This document shows positions 25,649 to 39,823 of a DNA stretch of 64,000 nt, piece by piece. Position 1 is the first letter of the stretch; each line of letters starts with the position of its first letter. Source of the stretch: Auanema rhodensis (taxonomy: Eukaryota > Animalia > Nematoda); the NCBI GenBank assembly GCA_964057225.1, contig OZ059900.1, positions 23,560,001 to 23,624,000 of the forward strand. The letters run 5' to 3'. The position numbers were made by a program, and so were the translations under genes. The notes under the pieces are model-generated. The model saw only the letters and a list, made by a program, of their open reading frames with translations, was not told where the DNA came from and did no database searches.

Positions 25649-28600
25649 GAACACATGAAATCGTAAGTCAAAACCTTGTTTACAGCGAAATTTCCAAAAA
25701 CTGGTTTTCCAGCATAATAAAATATTTCTCATGGGAAATACTGTGTTTTTGTATTTTTCTAGTGTTCAGCATGTAAAATGCTTCATTTTAGTATGTAACA
25801 CGCTGAAATTCGTTGCATTTCACGACTCATATGAACAAAAATCGATTTAATCAATATTAGCCATAAGGGGCGTGCCCTCAGAATATGCTAATTTCCTTAA
25901 TTTTCTAACCCCTGTTTTTTTGTCGTGAAAGTGGAATTAGACGTTGTAGGAACAATTTTGAGCTAGGTTTCATTGACATTGCATGAGTTTGAACACATGA
26001 AATCGTAAGTCAAAACCTTGTTTACAGCGAAATTTCCAAAAACTGGTTTTCCAGCATAATAAAATATTTCTCATGGGAAATACTGTGTTTTTGTATTTTT
26101 CTAGTGTTCAGCATGTAAAATGCTTCATTTTAGTATGTAACACGCTGAAATTCGTTGCATTTGACGACTCATATGAACAAAAATCGATTTAATCAATATT
26201 AGCCATAAGGGGCGTGCCCTCAGAATATGCTAATTTCCTTAATTTTCTAACCCCTGTTTTTTTGTCGTGAAAGTGGAATTAGACGTTGTAGGAACAATTT
26301 TGAGCTAGGTTTCATTGACATTGCATGAGTTTGAACACATGAAATCGTAAGTCAAAACCTTGTTTACAGCGAAATTTCCAAAAACTGGTTTTCCAGCATA
26401 ATAAAATATTTCTCATGAGAAATACTGTGTTTTTGTATTTTTCTAGTGTTCAGCATGTAAAATGCTTCATTTTAGTATGTAACACGCTGAAATTCGTTGC
26501 ATTTGACGACTCATATGAACAAAAATCGATTTAATCAATATTAGCCATAAGGGGCTTGCCCTCAGAATATGCTAATTTCCTTAATTTTCTAACCCCTGTT
26601 TTTTTGTCGTGAAAGTGGAACTAGACGTTGTACAAACAATTTTGAGCTAGGTTTCATTGACATTGCATGAGTTTGAACACATAAAATCGTAAGTCAAAAC
26701 CTTGTTTACAGCGAAACTTCCAAAAACTGGTTTTCCAGCATAATAAAATATTTCTCATGAGAAATACTGTGTTTTTGTATTTTTCTAGTGTTCAGCATGT
26801 AAAATGCTTCATTTTAGTATGTAACACGCTAAAATTCGTTGCATTTGACGACTCATATGAACAAAAATCGATTTAATCAATATTAGCCATAAGGGGCGTG
26901 CCCTCAGAATATGCTAATTTCCTTAATTTTCTAACCCCTGTTTTTTTGTCGTGAAAGTGGAATTAGACGTTGTACGAACAATTTTGAGCTAGGTTTCATT
27001 GACATTGCATGAGTTTGAACACATGAAATCGTAAGTCAAAACCTTGTTTACAGCGAAATTTCCAAAAACTGGTTTTCCAGCATAATAAAATATTTCTCAT
27101 GGGAAATACTGTGTTTTTGTATTTTTCTAGTGTTCAGCATGTAAAATGCTTCATTTTAGTATGTAACACGCTGAAATTCGTTGCATTTGACGACTCATAT
27201 GAACAAAAATCGATTTAATCAATATTAGCCATAAGGGGCGTGCCCTCAGAATATGCTAACTTCCTTAATTTTCTAACCCCTGTTTTTTTGTCGTGAAAGT
27301 GGAACTAGACGTTGTACGAACAATTTTGAGCTAGGTTTCATTGACATTGCATGAGTTTGAACACATGAAATCGTAAGTCAAAACCTTGTTTACAGCGAAA
27401 TTTCCAAAAACTGGTTTTCCAGCATAATAAAATATTTCTCATGGGAAATACTGTGTTTTTGTATTTTTCTAGTGTTCAGCATGTAAAATGCTTCATTTTA
27501 GTATGTAACACGCTGAAATTCGTTGCATTTCACGACTCATATGAACAAAAATCGATTTAATCAATATTAGCCATAAGGGGCGTGCCCTCAGAATATGCTA
27601 ATTTCCTTAATTTTCTAACCCCTGTTTTTTTGTTGTGAAAGTGGAATTAGACGTTGTAGGAACAATTTTGAGCTAGGTTTCATTGACATTGCATGAGTTT
27701 GAACACATGAAATCGTAAGTCAAAACCTTGTTTACAGCGAAATTTCCAAAAACTGGTTTTCCAGCATAATAAAATATTTCTCTTGGGAAATACTGTGTTT
27801 TTGTATTTTTCTAGTGTTCAGCATGTAAAATGCTTCATTTTAGTATGTAACACGCTGAAATTCGTTGCATTTCACGACTCATATGAACAAAAATCGATTT
27901 AATCAATATTAGCCATAAGGGGCGTGCCCTCAGAATATGCTAATTTCCTTAATTTTCTAACCCCTGTTTTTTTGTCGTGAAAGTGGAATTAGACGTTGTA
28001 GGAACAATTTTGAGCTAGGTTTCATTGACATTGCATGAGTTTGAACACATGAAATCGTAAGTCAAAACCTTGTTTACAGCGAAATTTCCAAAAACTGGTT
28101 TTCCAGCATAATAAAATATTTCTCATGGGAAATACTGTGTTTTTGTATTTTTATAGTGTTCAGCATGTAAAATGCTTCATTTTAGTATGTAACACGCTGA
28201 AATTCGTTGCATTTGACGACTCATATGAACAAAAATCGATTTAATCAATATTAGCCATAAGGGGCTTGCCCTCAGAATATGCTAATTTCCTTAATTTTCT
28301 AACCCCTGTTTTTTTGTCGTGAAAGTGGAATTAGACGTTGTAGGAACAATTTTGAGCTAGGTTTCATTGACATTGCATGAGTTTGAACACATGAAATCGT
28401 AAGTCAAAACCTTGTTTACAGCGAAATTTCCAAAAACTGGTTTTCCAGCATAATAAAATATTTCTCATGAGAAATACTGTGTTTTTGTATTTTTCTAGTG
28501 TTCAGCATGTAAAATGCTTCATTTTAGTATGTAACACGCTAAAATTCGTTGCATTTGACGACTCATATGAACAAAAATCGATTTAATCAATATTAGCCAT

Positions 28601-31600
28601 AAGGGGCGTGCCCTCAGAATATGCTAATTTCCTTAATTTTCTAACCCCTGTTTTTTTGTCGTGAAAGTGGAATTAGACGTTGTACGAACAATTTTGAGCT
28701 AGGTTTCATTGACATTGCATGAGTTTGAACACATGAAATCGTAAGTCAAAACCTTGTTTACAGCGAAATTTCCAAAAACTGGTTTTCCAGCATAATAAAA
28801 TATTTCTCATGGGAAATACTGTGTTTTTGTATTTTTCTAGTGTTCAGCATGTAAAATGCTTCATTTTAGTATGTAACACGCTGAAATTCGTTGCATTTCA
28901 CGACTCATATGAACAAAAATCGATTTAATCAATATTAGCCATAAGGGGCGTGCCCTCAGAATATGCTAATTTCCTTAATTTTCTAACCCCTGTTTTTTTG
29001 TCGTGAAAGTGGAATTAGACGTTGTAGGAACAATTTTGAGCTAGGTTTCATTGACATTGCATGAGTTTGAACACATGAAATCGTAAGTCAAAACCTTGTT
29101 TACAGCGAAATTTCCAAAAACTGGTTTTCCAGCATAATAAAATATTTCTCATGGGAAATACTGTGTTTTTGTATTTTTCTAGTGTTCAGCATGTAAAATG
29201 CTTCATTTTAGTATGTAACACGCTGAAATTCGTTGCATTTGACGACTCATATGAACAAAAATCGATTTAATCAATATTAGCCATAAGGGGCGTGCCCTCA
29301 GAATATGCTAACTTCCTTAATTTTCTAACCCCTGTTTTTTTGTCGTGAAAGTGGAACTAGACGTTGTACGAACAATTTTGAGCTAGGTTTCATTGACATT
29401 GCATGAGTTTGAACACATGAAATCGTAAGTCAAAACCTTGTTTACAGCGAAATTTCCAAAAACTGGTTTTCCAGCATAATAAAATATTTCTCATGGGAAA
29501 TACTGTGTTTTTGTATTTTTCTAGTGTTCAGCATGTAAAATGCTTCATTTTAGTATGTAACACGCTGAAATTCGTTGCATTTCACGACTCATATGAACAA
29601 AAATCGATTTAATCAATATTAGCCATAAGGGGCGTGCCCTCAGAATATGCTAATTTCCTTAATTTTCTAACCCCTGTTTTTTTGTCGTGAAAGTGGAATT
29701 AGACGTTGTAGGAACAATTTTGAGCTAGGTTTCATTGACATTGCATGAGTTTGAACACATGAAATCGTAAGTCAAAACCTTGTTTACAGCGAAATTTCCA
29801 AAAACTGGTTTTCCAGCATAATAAAATATTTCTCATGGGAAATACTGTGTTTTTGTATTTTTCTAGTGTTCAGCATGTAAAATGCTTCATTTTAGTATGT
29901 AACACGCTGAAATTCGTTGCATTTCACGACTCATATGAACAAAAATCGATTTAATCAATATTAGCCATAAGGGGCGTGCCCTCAGAATATGCTAATTTCC
30001 TTAATTTTCTAACCCCTGTTTTTTTGTCGTGAAAGTGGAATTAGACGTTGTAGGAACAATTTTGAGCTAGGTTTCATTGACATTGCATGAGTTTGAACAC
30101 ATGAAATCGTAAGTCAAAACCTTGTTTACAGCGAAATTTCCAAAAACTGGTTTTCCAGCATAATAAAATATTTCTCATGGGAAATACTGTGTTTTTGTAT
30201 TTTTATAGTGTTCAGCATGTAAAATGCTTCATTTTAGTATGTAACACGCTGAAATTCGTTGCATTTGACGACTCATATGAACAAAAATCGATTTAATCAA
30301 TATTAGCCATAAGGGGCTTGCCCTCAGAATATGCTAATTTCCTTAATTTTCTAACCCCTGTTTTTTTGTCGTGAAAGTGGAATTAGACGTTGTAGGAACA
30401 ATTTTGAGCTAGGTTTCATTGACATTGCATGAGTTTGAACACATGAAATCGTAAGTCAAAACCTTGTTTACAGCGAAATTTCCAAAAACTGGTTTTCCAG
30501 CATAATAAAATATTTCTCATGAGAAATACTGTGTTTTTGTATTTTTCTAGTGTTCAGCATGTAAAATGCTTCATTTTAGTATGTAACACGCTAAAATTCG
30601 TTGCATTTGACGACTCATATGAACAAAAATCGATTTAATCAATATTAGCCATAAGGGGCGTGCCCTCAGAATATGCTAATTTCCTTAATTTTCTAACCCC
30701 TGTTTTTTTGTCGTGAAAGTGGAATTAGACGTTGTACGAACAATTTTGAGCTAGGTTTCATTGACATTGCATGAGTTTGAACACATGAAATCGTAAGTCA
30801 AAACCTTGTTTACAGCGAAATTTCCAAAAACTGGTTTTCCAGCATAATAAAATATTTCTCATGGGAAATACTGTGTTTTTGTATTTTTCTAGTGTTCAGC
30901 ATGTAAAATGCTTCATTTTAGTATGTAACACGCTGAAATTCGTTGCATTTCACGACTCATATGAACAAAAATCGATTTAATCAATATTAGCCATAAGGGG
31001 CGTGCCCTCAGAATATGCTAATTTCCTTAATTTTCTAACCCCTGTTTTTTTGTCGTGAAAGTGGAATTAGACGTTGTAGGAACAATTTTGAGCTAGGTTT
31101 CATTGACATTGCATGAGTTTGAACACATGAAATCGTAAGTCAAAACCTTGTTTACAGCGAAATTTCCAAAAACTGGTTTTCCAGCATAATAAAATATTTC
31201 TCATGGGAAATACTGTGTTTTTGTATTTTTCTAGTGTTCAGCATGTAAAATGCTTCATTTTAGTATGTAACACGCTGAAATTCGTTGCATTTCACGACTC
31301 ATATGAACAAAAATCGATTTAATCAATATTAGCCATAAGGGGCGTGCCCTCAGAATATGCTAATTTCCTTAATTTTCTAACCCCTGTTTTTTTGTCGTGA
31401 AAGTGGAATTAGACGTTGTAGGAACAATTTTGAGCTAGGTTTCATTGACATTGCATGAGTTTGAACACATGAAATCGTAAGTCAAAACCTTGTTTACAGC
31501 GAAATTTCCAAAAACTGGTTTTCCAGCATAATAAAATATTTCTCATGGGAAATACTGTGTTTTTGTATTTTTATAGTGTTCAGCATGTAAAATGCTTCAT

Positions 31601-34600
31601 TTTAGTATGTAACACGCTGAAATTCGTTGCATTTGACGACTCATATGAACAAAAATCGATTTAATCAATATTAGCCATAAGGGGCTTGCCCTCAGAATAT
31701 GCTAATTTCCTTAATTTTCTAACCCCTGTTTTTTTGTCGTGAAAGTGGAATTAGACGTTGTAGGAACAATTTTGAGCTAGGTTTCATTGACATTGCATGA
31801 GTTTGAACACATGAAATCGTAAGTCAAAACCTTGTTTACAGCGAAATTTCCAAAAACTGGTTTTCCAGCATAATAAAATATTTCTCATGAGAAATACTGT
31901 GTTTTTGTATTTTTCTAGTGTTCAGCATGTAAAATGCTTCATTTTAGTATGTAACACGCTAAAATTCGTTGCATTTGACGACTCATATGAACAAAAATCG
32001 ATTTAATCAATATTAGCCATAAGGGGCGTGCCCTCAGAATATGCTAATTTCCTTAATTTTCTAACCCCTGTTTTTTTGTCGTGAAAGTGGAATTAGACGT
32101 TGTACGAACAATTTTGAGCTAGGTTTCATTGACATTGCATGAGTTTGAACACATGAAATCGTAAGTCAAAACCTTGTTTACAGCGAAATTTTAAAAAACT
32201 GGTTTTCCAGCATAATAAAATATTTCTCATGGGAAATACTGTGTTTTTGTATTTTTCTAGTGTTCAGCATGTAAAATGCTTCATTTTAGTATGTAACACG
32301 CTGAAATTCGTTGCATTTGACGACTCATATGAACAAAAATCGATTTAATCAATATTAGCCATAAGGGGCGTGCCCTCAGAATATGCTAACTTCCTTAATT
32401 TTCTAACCCCTGTTTTTTTGTCGTGAAAGTGGAACTAGACGTTGTACGAACAATTTTGAGCTAGGTTTCATTGACATTGCATGAGTTTGAACACATGAAA
32501 TCGTAAGTCAAAACCTTGTTTACAGCGAAATTTCCAAAAACTGGTTTTCCAGCATAATAAAATATTTCTCATGGGAAATACTGTGTTTTTGTATTTTTCT
32601 AGTGTTCAGCATGTAAAATGCTTCATTTTAGTATGTAACACGCTGAAATTCGTTGCATTTCACGACTCATATGAACAAAAATCGATTTAATCAATATTAG
32701 CCATAAGGGGCTTGCCCTCAGAATATGCTAATTTCCTTAATTTTCTAACCCCTGTTTTTTCGTCGTGAAAGTGGAATTAGACGTTGTAGGAACAATTTTG
32801 AGCTAGGTTTCATTGACATTGCATGAGTTTGAACACATGAAATCGTAAGTCAAAACCTTGTTTACAGCGAAATTTCCAAAAACTGGTTTTCCAGCATAAT
32901 AAAATATTTCTCATGGGAAATACTGTGTTTTTGTATTTTTATAGTGTTCAGCATGTAAAATGCTTCATTTTAGTATGTAACACGCTGAAATTCGTTGCAT
33001 TTGACGACTCATATGAACAAAAATCGATTTAATCAATATTAGCCATAAGGGGCTTGCCCTCAGAATATGCTAATTTCCTTAATTTTCTAACCCCTGTTTT
33101 TTTGTCGTGAAAGTGGAACTAGACGTTGTAGGAACAATTTTGAGCTAGGTTTCATTGACATTGCATGAGTTTGAACACATGAAATCGTAAGTCAAAACCT
33201 TGTTTACAGCGAAATTTCCAAAAACTGGTTTTCCAGCATAATAAAATATTTCTCATGGGAAATACTGTGTTTTTGTATTTTTATAGTGTTCAGCATGTAA
33301 AATGCTTCATTTTAGTATGTAACACGCTGAAATTCGTTGCATTTGACGACTCATATGAACAAAAATCGATTTAATCAATATTAGCCATAAGGGGCTTGCC
33401 CTCAGAATATGCTAATTTCCTTAATTTTCTAACCCCTGTTTTTTTGTCGTGAAAGTGGAATTAGACGTTGTAGGAACAATTTTGAGCTAGGTTTCATTGA
33501 CATTGCATGAGTTTGAACACATGAAATCGTAAGTCAAAACCTTGTTTACAGCGAAATTTCCAAAAACTGGTTTTCCAGCATAATAAAATATTTCTCATGG
33601 GAAATACTGTGTTTTTGTATTTTTCTAGTGTTCAGCATGTAAAATGCTTCATTTTAGTATGTAACACGCTGAAATTCGTTGCATTTCACGACTCATATGA
33701 ACAAAAATCGATTTAATCAATATTAGCCATAAGGGGCGTGCCCTCAGAATATGCTAACTTCCTTAATTTTCTAACCCCTGTTTTTTTGTCGTGAAAGTGG
33801 AACTAGACGTTGTACGAACAATTTTGAGCTAGGTTTCATTGACATTGCATGAGTTTGAACACATGAAATCGTAAGTCAAAACCTTGTTTACAGCGAAATT
33901 TCCAAAAACTGGTTTTCCAGCATAATAAAATATTTCTCATGGGAAATACTGTGTTTTTGTATTTTTCTAGTGTTCAGCATGTAAAATGCTTCATTTTAGT
34001 ATGTAACACGCTGAAATTCGTTGCATTTCACGACTCATATGAACAAAAATCGATTTAATCAATATTAGCCATAAGGGGCTTGCCCTCAGAATATGCTAAT
34101 TTCCTTAATTTTCTAACCCCTGTTTTTTCGTCGTGAAAGTGGAATTAGACGTTGTAGGAACAATTTTGAGCTAGGTTTCATTGACATTGCATGAGTTTGA
34201 ACACATGAAATCGTAAGTCAAAACCTTGTTTACAGCGAAATTTCCAAAAACTGGTTTTCCAGCATAATAAAATATTTCTCATGGGAAATACTGTGTTTTT
34301 GTATTTTTATAGTGTTCAGCATGTAAAATGCTTCATTTTAGTATGTAACACGCTGAAATTCGTTGCATTTGACGACTCATATGAACAAAAATCGATTTAA
34401 TCAATATTAGCCATAAGGGGCTTGCCCTCAGAATATGCTAATTTCCTTAATTTTCTAACCCCTGTTTTTTTGTCGTGAAAGTGGAACTAGACGTTGTAGG
34501 AACAATTTTGAGCTAGGTTTCATTGACATTGCATGAGTTTGAACACATGAAATCGTAAGTCAAAACCTTGTTTACAGCGAAATTTCCAAAAACTGGTTTT

Positions 34601-34882
34601 CCAGCATAATAAAATATTTCTCATGGGAAATACTGTGTTTTTGTATTTTTATAGTGTTCAGCATGTAAAATGCTTCATTTTAGTATGTAACACGCTGAAA
34701 TTCGTTGCATTTGACGACTCATATGAACAAAAATCGATTTAATCAATATTAGCCATAAGGGGCTTGCCCTCAGAATATGCTAATTTCCTTAATTTTCTAA
34801 CCCCTGTTTTTTTGTCGTGAAAGTGGAATTAGACGTTGTAGGAACAATTTTGAGCTAGGTTTCATTGACATTGCATGAGTTT

Positions 34883-37800
34883 GAACACATGAAATCGTAA
34901 GTCAAAACCTTGTTTACAGCGAAATTTCCAAAAACTGGTTTTCCAGCATAATAAAATATTTCTCATGGGAAATACTGTGTTTTTGTATTTTTCTAGTGTT
35001 CAGCATGTAAAATGCTTCATTTTAGTATGTAACACGCTGAAATTCGTTGCATTTCACGACTCATATGAACAAAAATCGATTTAATCAATATTAGCCATAA
35101 GGGGCGTGCCCTCAGAATATGCTAATTTCCTTAATTTTCTAACCCCTGTTTTTTTGTCGTGAAAGTGGAATTAGACGTTGTAGGAACAATTTTGAGCTAG
35201 GTTTCATTGACATTGCATGAGTTTGAACACATGAAATCGTAAGTCAAAACCTTGTTTACAGCGAAATTTCCAAAAACTGGTTTTCCAGCATAATAAAATA
35301 TTTCTCATGGGAAATACTGTGTTTTTGTATTTTTCTAGTGTTCAGCATGTAAAATGCTTCATTTTAGTATGTAACACGCTGAAATTCGTTGCATTTCACG
35401 ACTCATATGAACAAAAATCGATTTAATCAATATTAGCCATAAGGGGCGTGCCCTCAGAATATGCTAATTTCCTTAATTTTCTAACCCCTGTTTTTTTGTC
35501 GTGAAAGTGGAATTAGACGTTGTAGGAACAATTTTGAGCTAGGTTTCATTGACATTGCATGAGTTTGAACACATGAAATCGTAAGTCAAAACCTTGTTTA
35601 CAGCGAAATTTCCAAAAACTGGTTTTCCAGCATAATAAAATATTTCTCATGGGAAATACTGTGTTTTTGTATTTTTATAGTGTTCAGCATGTAAAATGCT
35701 TCATTTTAGTATGTAACACGCTGAAATTCGTTGCATTTGACGACTCATATGAACAAAAATCGATTTAATCAATATTAGCCATAAGGGGCTTGCCCTCAGA
35801 ATATGCTAATTTCCTTAATTTTCTAACCCCTGTTTTTTTGTCGTGAAAGTGGAATTAGACGTTGTAGGAACAATTTTGAGCTAGGTTTCATTGACATTGC
35901 ATGAGTTTGAACACATGAAATCGTAAGTCAAAACCTTGTTTACAGCGAAATTTCCAAAAACTGGTTTTCCAGCATAATAAAATATTTCTCATGGGAAATA
36001 CTGTGTTTTTGTATTTTTCTAGTGTTCAGCATGTAAAATGCTTCATTTTAGTATGTAACACGCTGAAATTCGTTGCATTTCACGACTCATATGAACAAAA
36101 ATCGATTTAATCAATATTAGCCATAAGGGGCGTGCCCTCAGAATATGCTAATTTCCTTAATTTTCTAACCCCTGTTTTTTTGTCGTGAAAGTGGAATTAG
36201 ACGTTGTAGGAACAATTTTGAGCTAGGTTTCATTGACATTGCATGAGTTTGAACACATGAAATCGTAAGTCAAAACCTTGTTTACAGCGAAATTTCCAAA
36301 AACTGGTTTTCCAGCATAATAAAATATTTCTCATGGGAAATACTGTGTTTTTGTATTTTTCTAGTGTTCAGCATGTAAAATGCTTCATTTTAGTATGTAA
36401 CACGCTGAAATTCGTTGCATTTCACGACTCATATGAACAAAAATCGATTTAATCAATATTAGCCATAAGGGGCGTGCCCTCAGAATATGATAATTTCCTT
36501 AATTTTCTAACCCCTGTTTTTTTGTCGTGAAAGTGGAATTAGACGTTGTAGGAACAATTTTGAGCTAGGTTTCATTGACATTGCATGAGTTTGAACACAT
36601 GAAATCGTAAGTCAAAACCTTGTTTACAGCGAAATTTCCAAAAACTGGTTTTCCAGCATAATAAAATATTTCTCATGGGAAATACTGTGTTTTTGTATTT
36701 TTATAGTGTTCAGCATGTAAAATGCTTCATTTTAGTATGTAACACGCTGAAATTCGTTGCATTTGACGACTCATATGAACAAAAATCGATTTAATCAATA
36801 TTAGCCATAAGGGGCTTGCCCTCAGAATATGCTAATTTCCTTAATTTTCTAACCCCTGTTTTTTTGTCGTGAAAGTGGAATTAGACGTTGTAGGAACAAT
36901 TTTGAGCTAGGTTTCATTGACATTGCATGAGTTTGAACACATGAAATCGTAAGTCAAAACCTTGTTTACAGCGAAATTTCCAAAAACTGGTTTTCCAGCA
37001 TAATAAAATATTTCTCATGGGAAATACTGTGTTTTTGTATTTTTCTAGTGTTCAGCATGTAAAATGCTTCATTTTAGTATGTAACACGCTGAAATTCGTT
37101 GCATTTCACGACTCATATGAACAAAAATCGATTTAATCAATATTAGCCATAAGGGGCGTGCCCTCAGAATATGCTAATTTCCTTAATTTTCTAACCCCTG
37201 TTTTTTTGTCGTGAAAGTGGAATTAGACGTTGTAGGAACAATTTTGAGCTAGGTTTCATTGACATTGCATGAGTTTGAACACATGAAATCGTAAGTCAAA
37301 ACCTTGTTTACAGCGAAATTTCCAAAAACTGGTTTTCCAGCATAATAAAATATTTCTCATGGGAAATACTGTGTTTTTGTATTTTTCTAGTGTTCAGCAT
37401 GTAAAATGCTTCATTTTAGTATGTAACACGCTGAAATTCGTTGCATTTCACGACTCATATGAACAAAAATCGATTTAATCAATATTAGCCATAAGGGGCG
37501 TGCCCTCAGAATATGCTAATTTCCTTAATTTTCTAACCCCTGTTTTTTTGTCGTGAAAGTGGAATTAGACGTTGTAGGAACAATTTTGAGCTAGGTTTCA
37601 TTGACATTGCATGAGTTTGAACACATGAAATCGTAAGTCAAAACCTTGTTTACAGCGAAATTTCCAAAAACTGGTTTTCCAGCATAATAAAATATTTCTC
37701 ATGGGAAATACTGTGTTTTTGTATTTTTATAGTGTTCAGCATGTAAAATGCTTCATTTTAGTATGTAACACGCTGAAATTCGTTGCATTTGACGACTCAT

Positions 37801-38986
37801 ATGAACAAAAATCGATTTAATCAATATTAGCCATAAGGGGCTTGCCCTCAGAATATGCTAATTTCCTTAATTTTCTAACCCCTGTTTTTTTGTCGTGAAA
37901 GTGGAATTAGACGTTGTAGGAACAATTTTGAGCTAGGTTTCATTGACATTGCATGAGTTTGAACACATGAAATCGTAAGTCAAAACCTTGTTTACAGCGA
38001 AATTTCCAAAAACTGGTTTTCCAGCATAATAAAATATTTCTCATGGGAAATACTGTGTTTTTGTATTTTTCTAGTGTTCAGCATGTAAAATGCTTCATTT
38101 TAGTATGTAACACGCTGAAATTCGTTGCATTTCACGACTCATATGAACAAAAATCGATTTAATCAATATTAGCCATAAGGGGCGTGCCCTCAGAATATGC
38201 TAATTTCCTTAATTTTCTAACCCCTGTTTTTTTGTCGTGAAAGTGGAATTAGACGTTGTAGGAACAATTTTGAGCTAGGTTTCATTGACATTGCATGAGT
38301 TTGAACACATGAAATCGTAAGTCAAAACCTTGTTTACAGCGAAATTTCCAAAAACTGGTTTTCCAGCATAATAAAATATTTCTCATGGGAAATACTGTGT
38401 TTTTGTATTTTTCTAGTGTTCAGCATGTAAAATGCTTCATTTTAGTATGTAACACGCTGAAATTCGTTGCAGTTCACGACTCATATGAACAAAAATCGAT
38501 TTAATCAATATTAGCCATAAGGGGCGTGCCCTCAGAATATGCTAATTTCCTTAATTTTCTAACCCCTGTTTTTTTGTCGTGAAAGTGGAATTAGACGTTG
38601 TAGGAACAATTTTGAGCTAGGTTTCATTGACATTGCATGAGTTTGAACACATGAAATCGTAAGTCAAAACCTTGTTTACAGCGAAATTTCCAAAAACTGG
38701 TTTTCCAGCATAATAAAATATTTCTCATGGGAAATACTGTGTTTTTGTATTTTTATAGTGTTCAGCATGTAAAATGCTTCATTTTAGTATGTAACACGCT
38801 GAAATTCGTTGCATTTGACGACTCATATGAACAAAAATCGATTTAATCAATATTAGCCATAAGGGGCTTGCCCTCAGAATATGCTAATTTCCTTAATTTT
38901 CTAACCCCTGTTTTTTTGTCGTGAAAGTGGAATTAGACGTTGTAGGAACAATTTTGAGCTAGGTTTCATTGACATTGCATGAGTTT
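34883..38986 (-). repeat. Sat342 trimer HOR x4
   Basis: The pattern [TTTCACG],[TTTCACG],[TTTATAG+GGGCTTG] repeats four times, starting at 34883, 35909, 36935 and 37961. Confidence 0.88.
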
Positions 38987-39821
38987 GAACACATGAAATC
39001 GTAAGTCAAAACCTTGTTTACAGCGAAATTTCCAAAAACTGGTTTTCCAGCATAATAAAATATTTCTCATGGGAAATACTGTGTTTTTGTATTTTTATAG
39101 TGTTCAGCATGTAAAATGCTTCATTTTAGTATGTAACACGCTGAAATTCGTTGCATTTGACGACTCATATGAACAAAAATCGATTTAATCAATATTAGCC
39201 ATAAAGGGCGTGCCCTCAGAATATGCTAATTTCCTTAATTTTCTAACCCCTGTTTTTTTGTCGTGAAAGTGGAACTAGACGTTGTAGGAACAATTTTGAG
39301 CTAGGTTTCATTGACATTGCATGAGTTTGAACACATGAAATCGTAAGTCAAAACCTTGTTTACAGCGAAATTTCCAAAAACTGGTTTTCCAGCATAATAA
39401 AATATTTCTCATGGGAAAAACTGTGTTTTTGTATTCTTCTAGTGTTCAGCATGTAAAATGCTTCATTTTAGTATGTAACACGCTGAAATTCGTTGCATTT
39501 GACGACTCATATGAACAAAAATCGATTTAATCAATATTAGCCATAAGGGGCGTGCCCTCAGAATATGCTAATTTCCTTAACTTTCTAACCCCTGTTTTTT
39601 GTCGTGAAAGTGGAACTAGACGTTGTAGGAACAATTTTGAGCTAGGTTTCATTGACATTGCATGAGTTTGAACACATGAAATCGTAAGTCAAAACCTTGT
39701 TTACAGCGAAATTCCCAAAAACTGGTTTTCCAGCATAATAAAATATTTCTCATGGGAAATACTGTGTTTTTGTATTTTTCTAGTGTTCAGCATGTAAAAT
39801 ACTTCATTTTAGTATGTAACA

Positions 39822-39823
39822 CT
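39822..39823. other. Direct junction between Sat342 and Sat232
   Basis: ...TAGTATGTAACA-C-TTTAATACAATACGACTTAG... Sat342 would continue GCTGAAA, and Sat232 is normally preceded by GACAG. Only the C at 39822 is shared, with no spacer. Confidence 0.97.

Larger units (their letters stand above)
3758..39822 (-). repeat. Sat342, inverted arm, 105 full monomers plus a 153-bp partial unit
   Basis: GAACACATGAAATCGTAAG recurs at 3761+342k up to 39329 (k=104), then at 39670 after one 341-bp unit. It is the reverse complement of the left-arm monomer and ends at ...AGTATGTAACAC (39822). Confidence 0.99.

Noticed and set aside
1-39822. 342 is divisible by 3, so the array could encode a repetitive protein
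   Set aside because: All six frames hit a stop within each monomer. On the left arm the stops are TAA at 14-16, TGA at 19-21 and TGA at 36-38. The opposite-strand frames also stop. One ~41-codon open stretch has no usable start.
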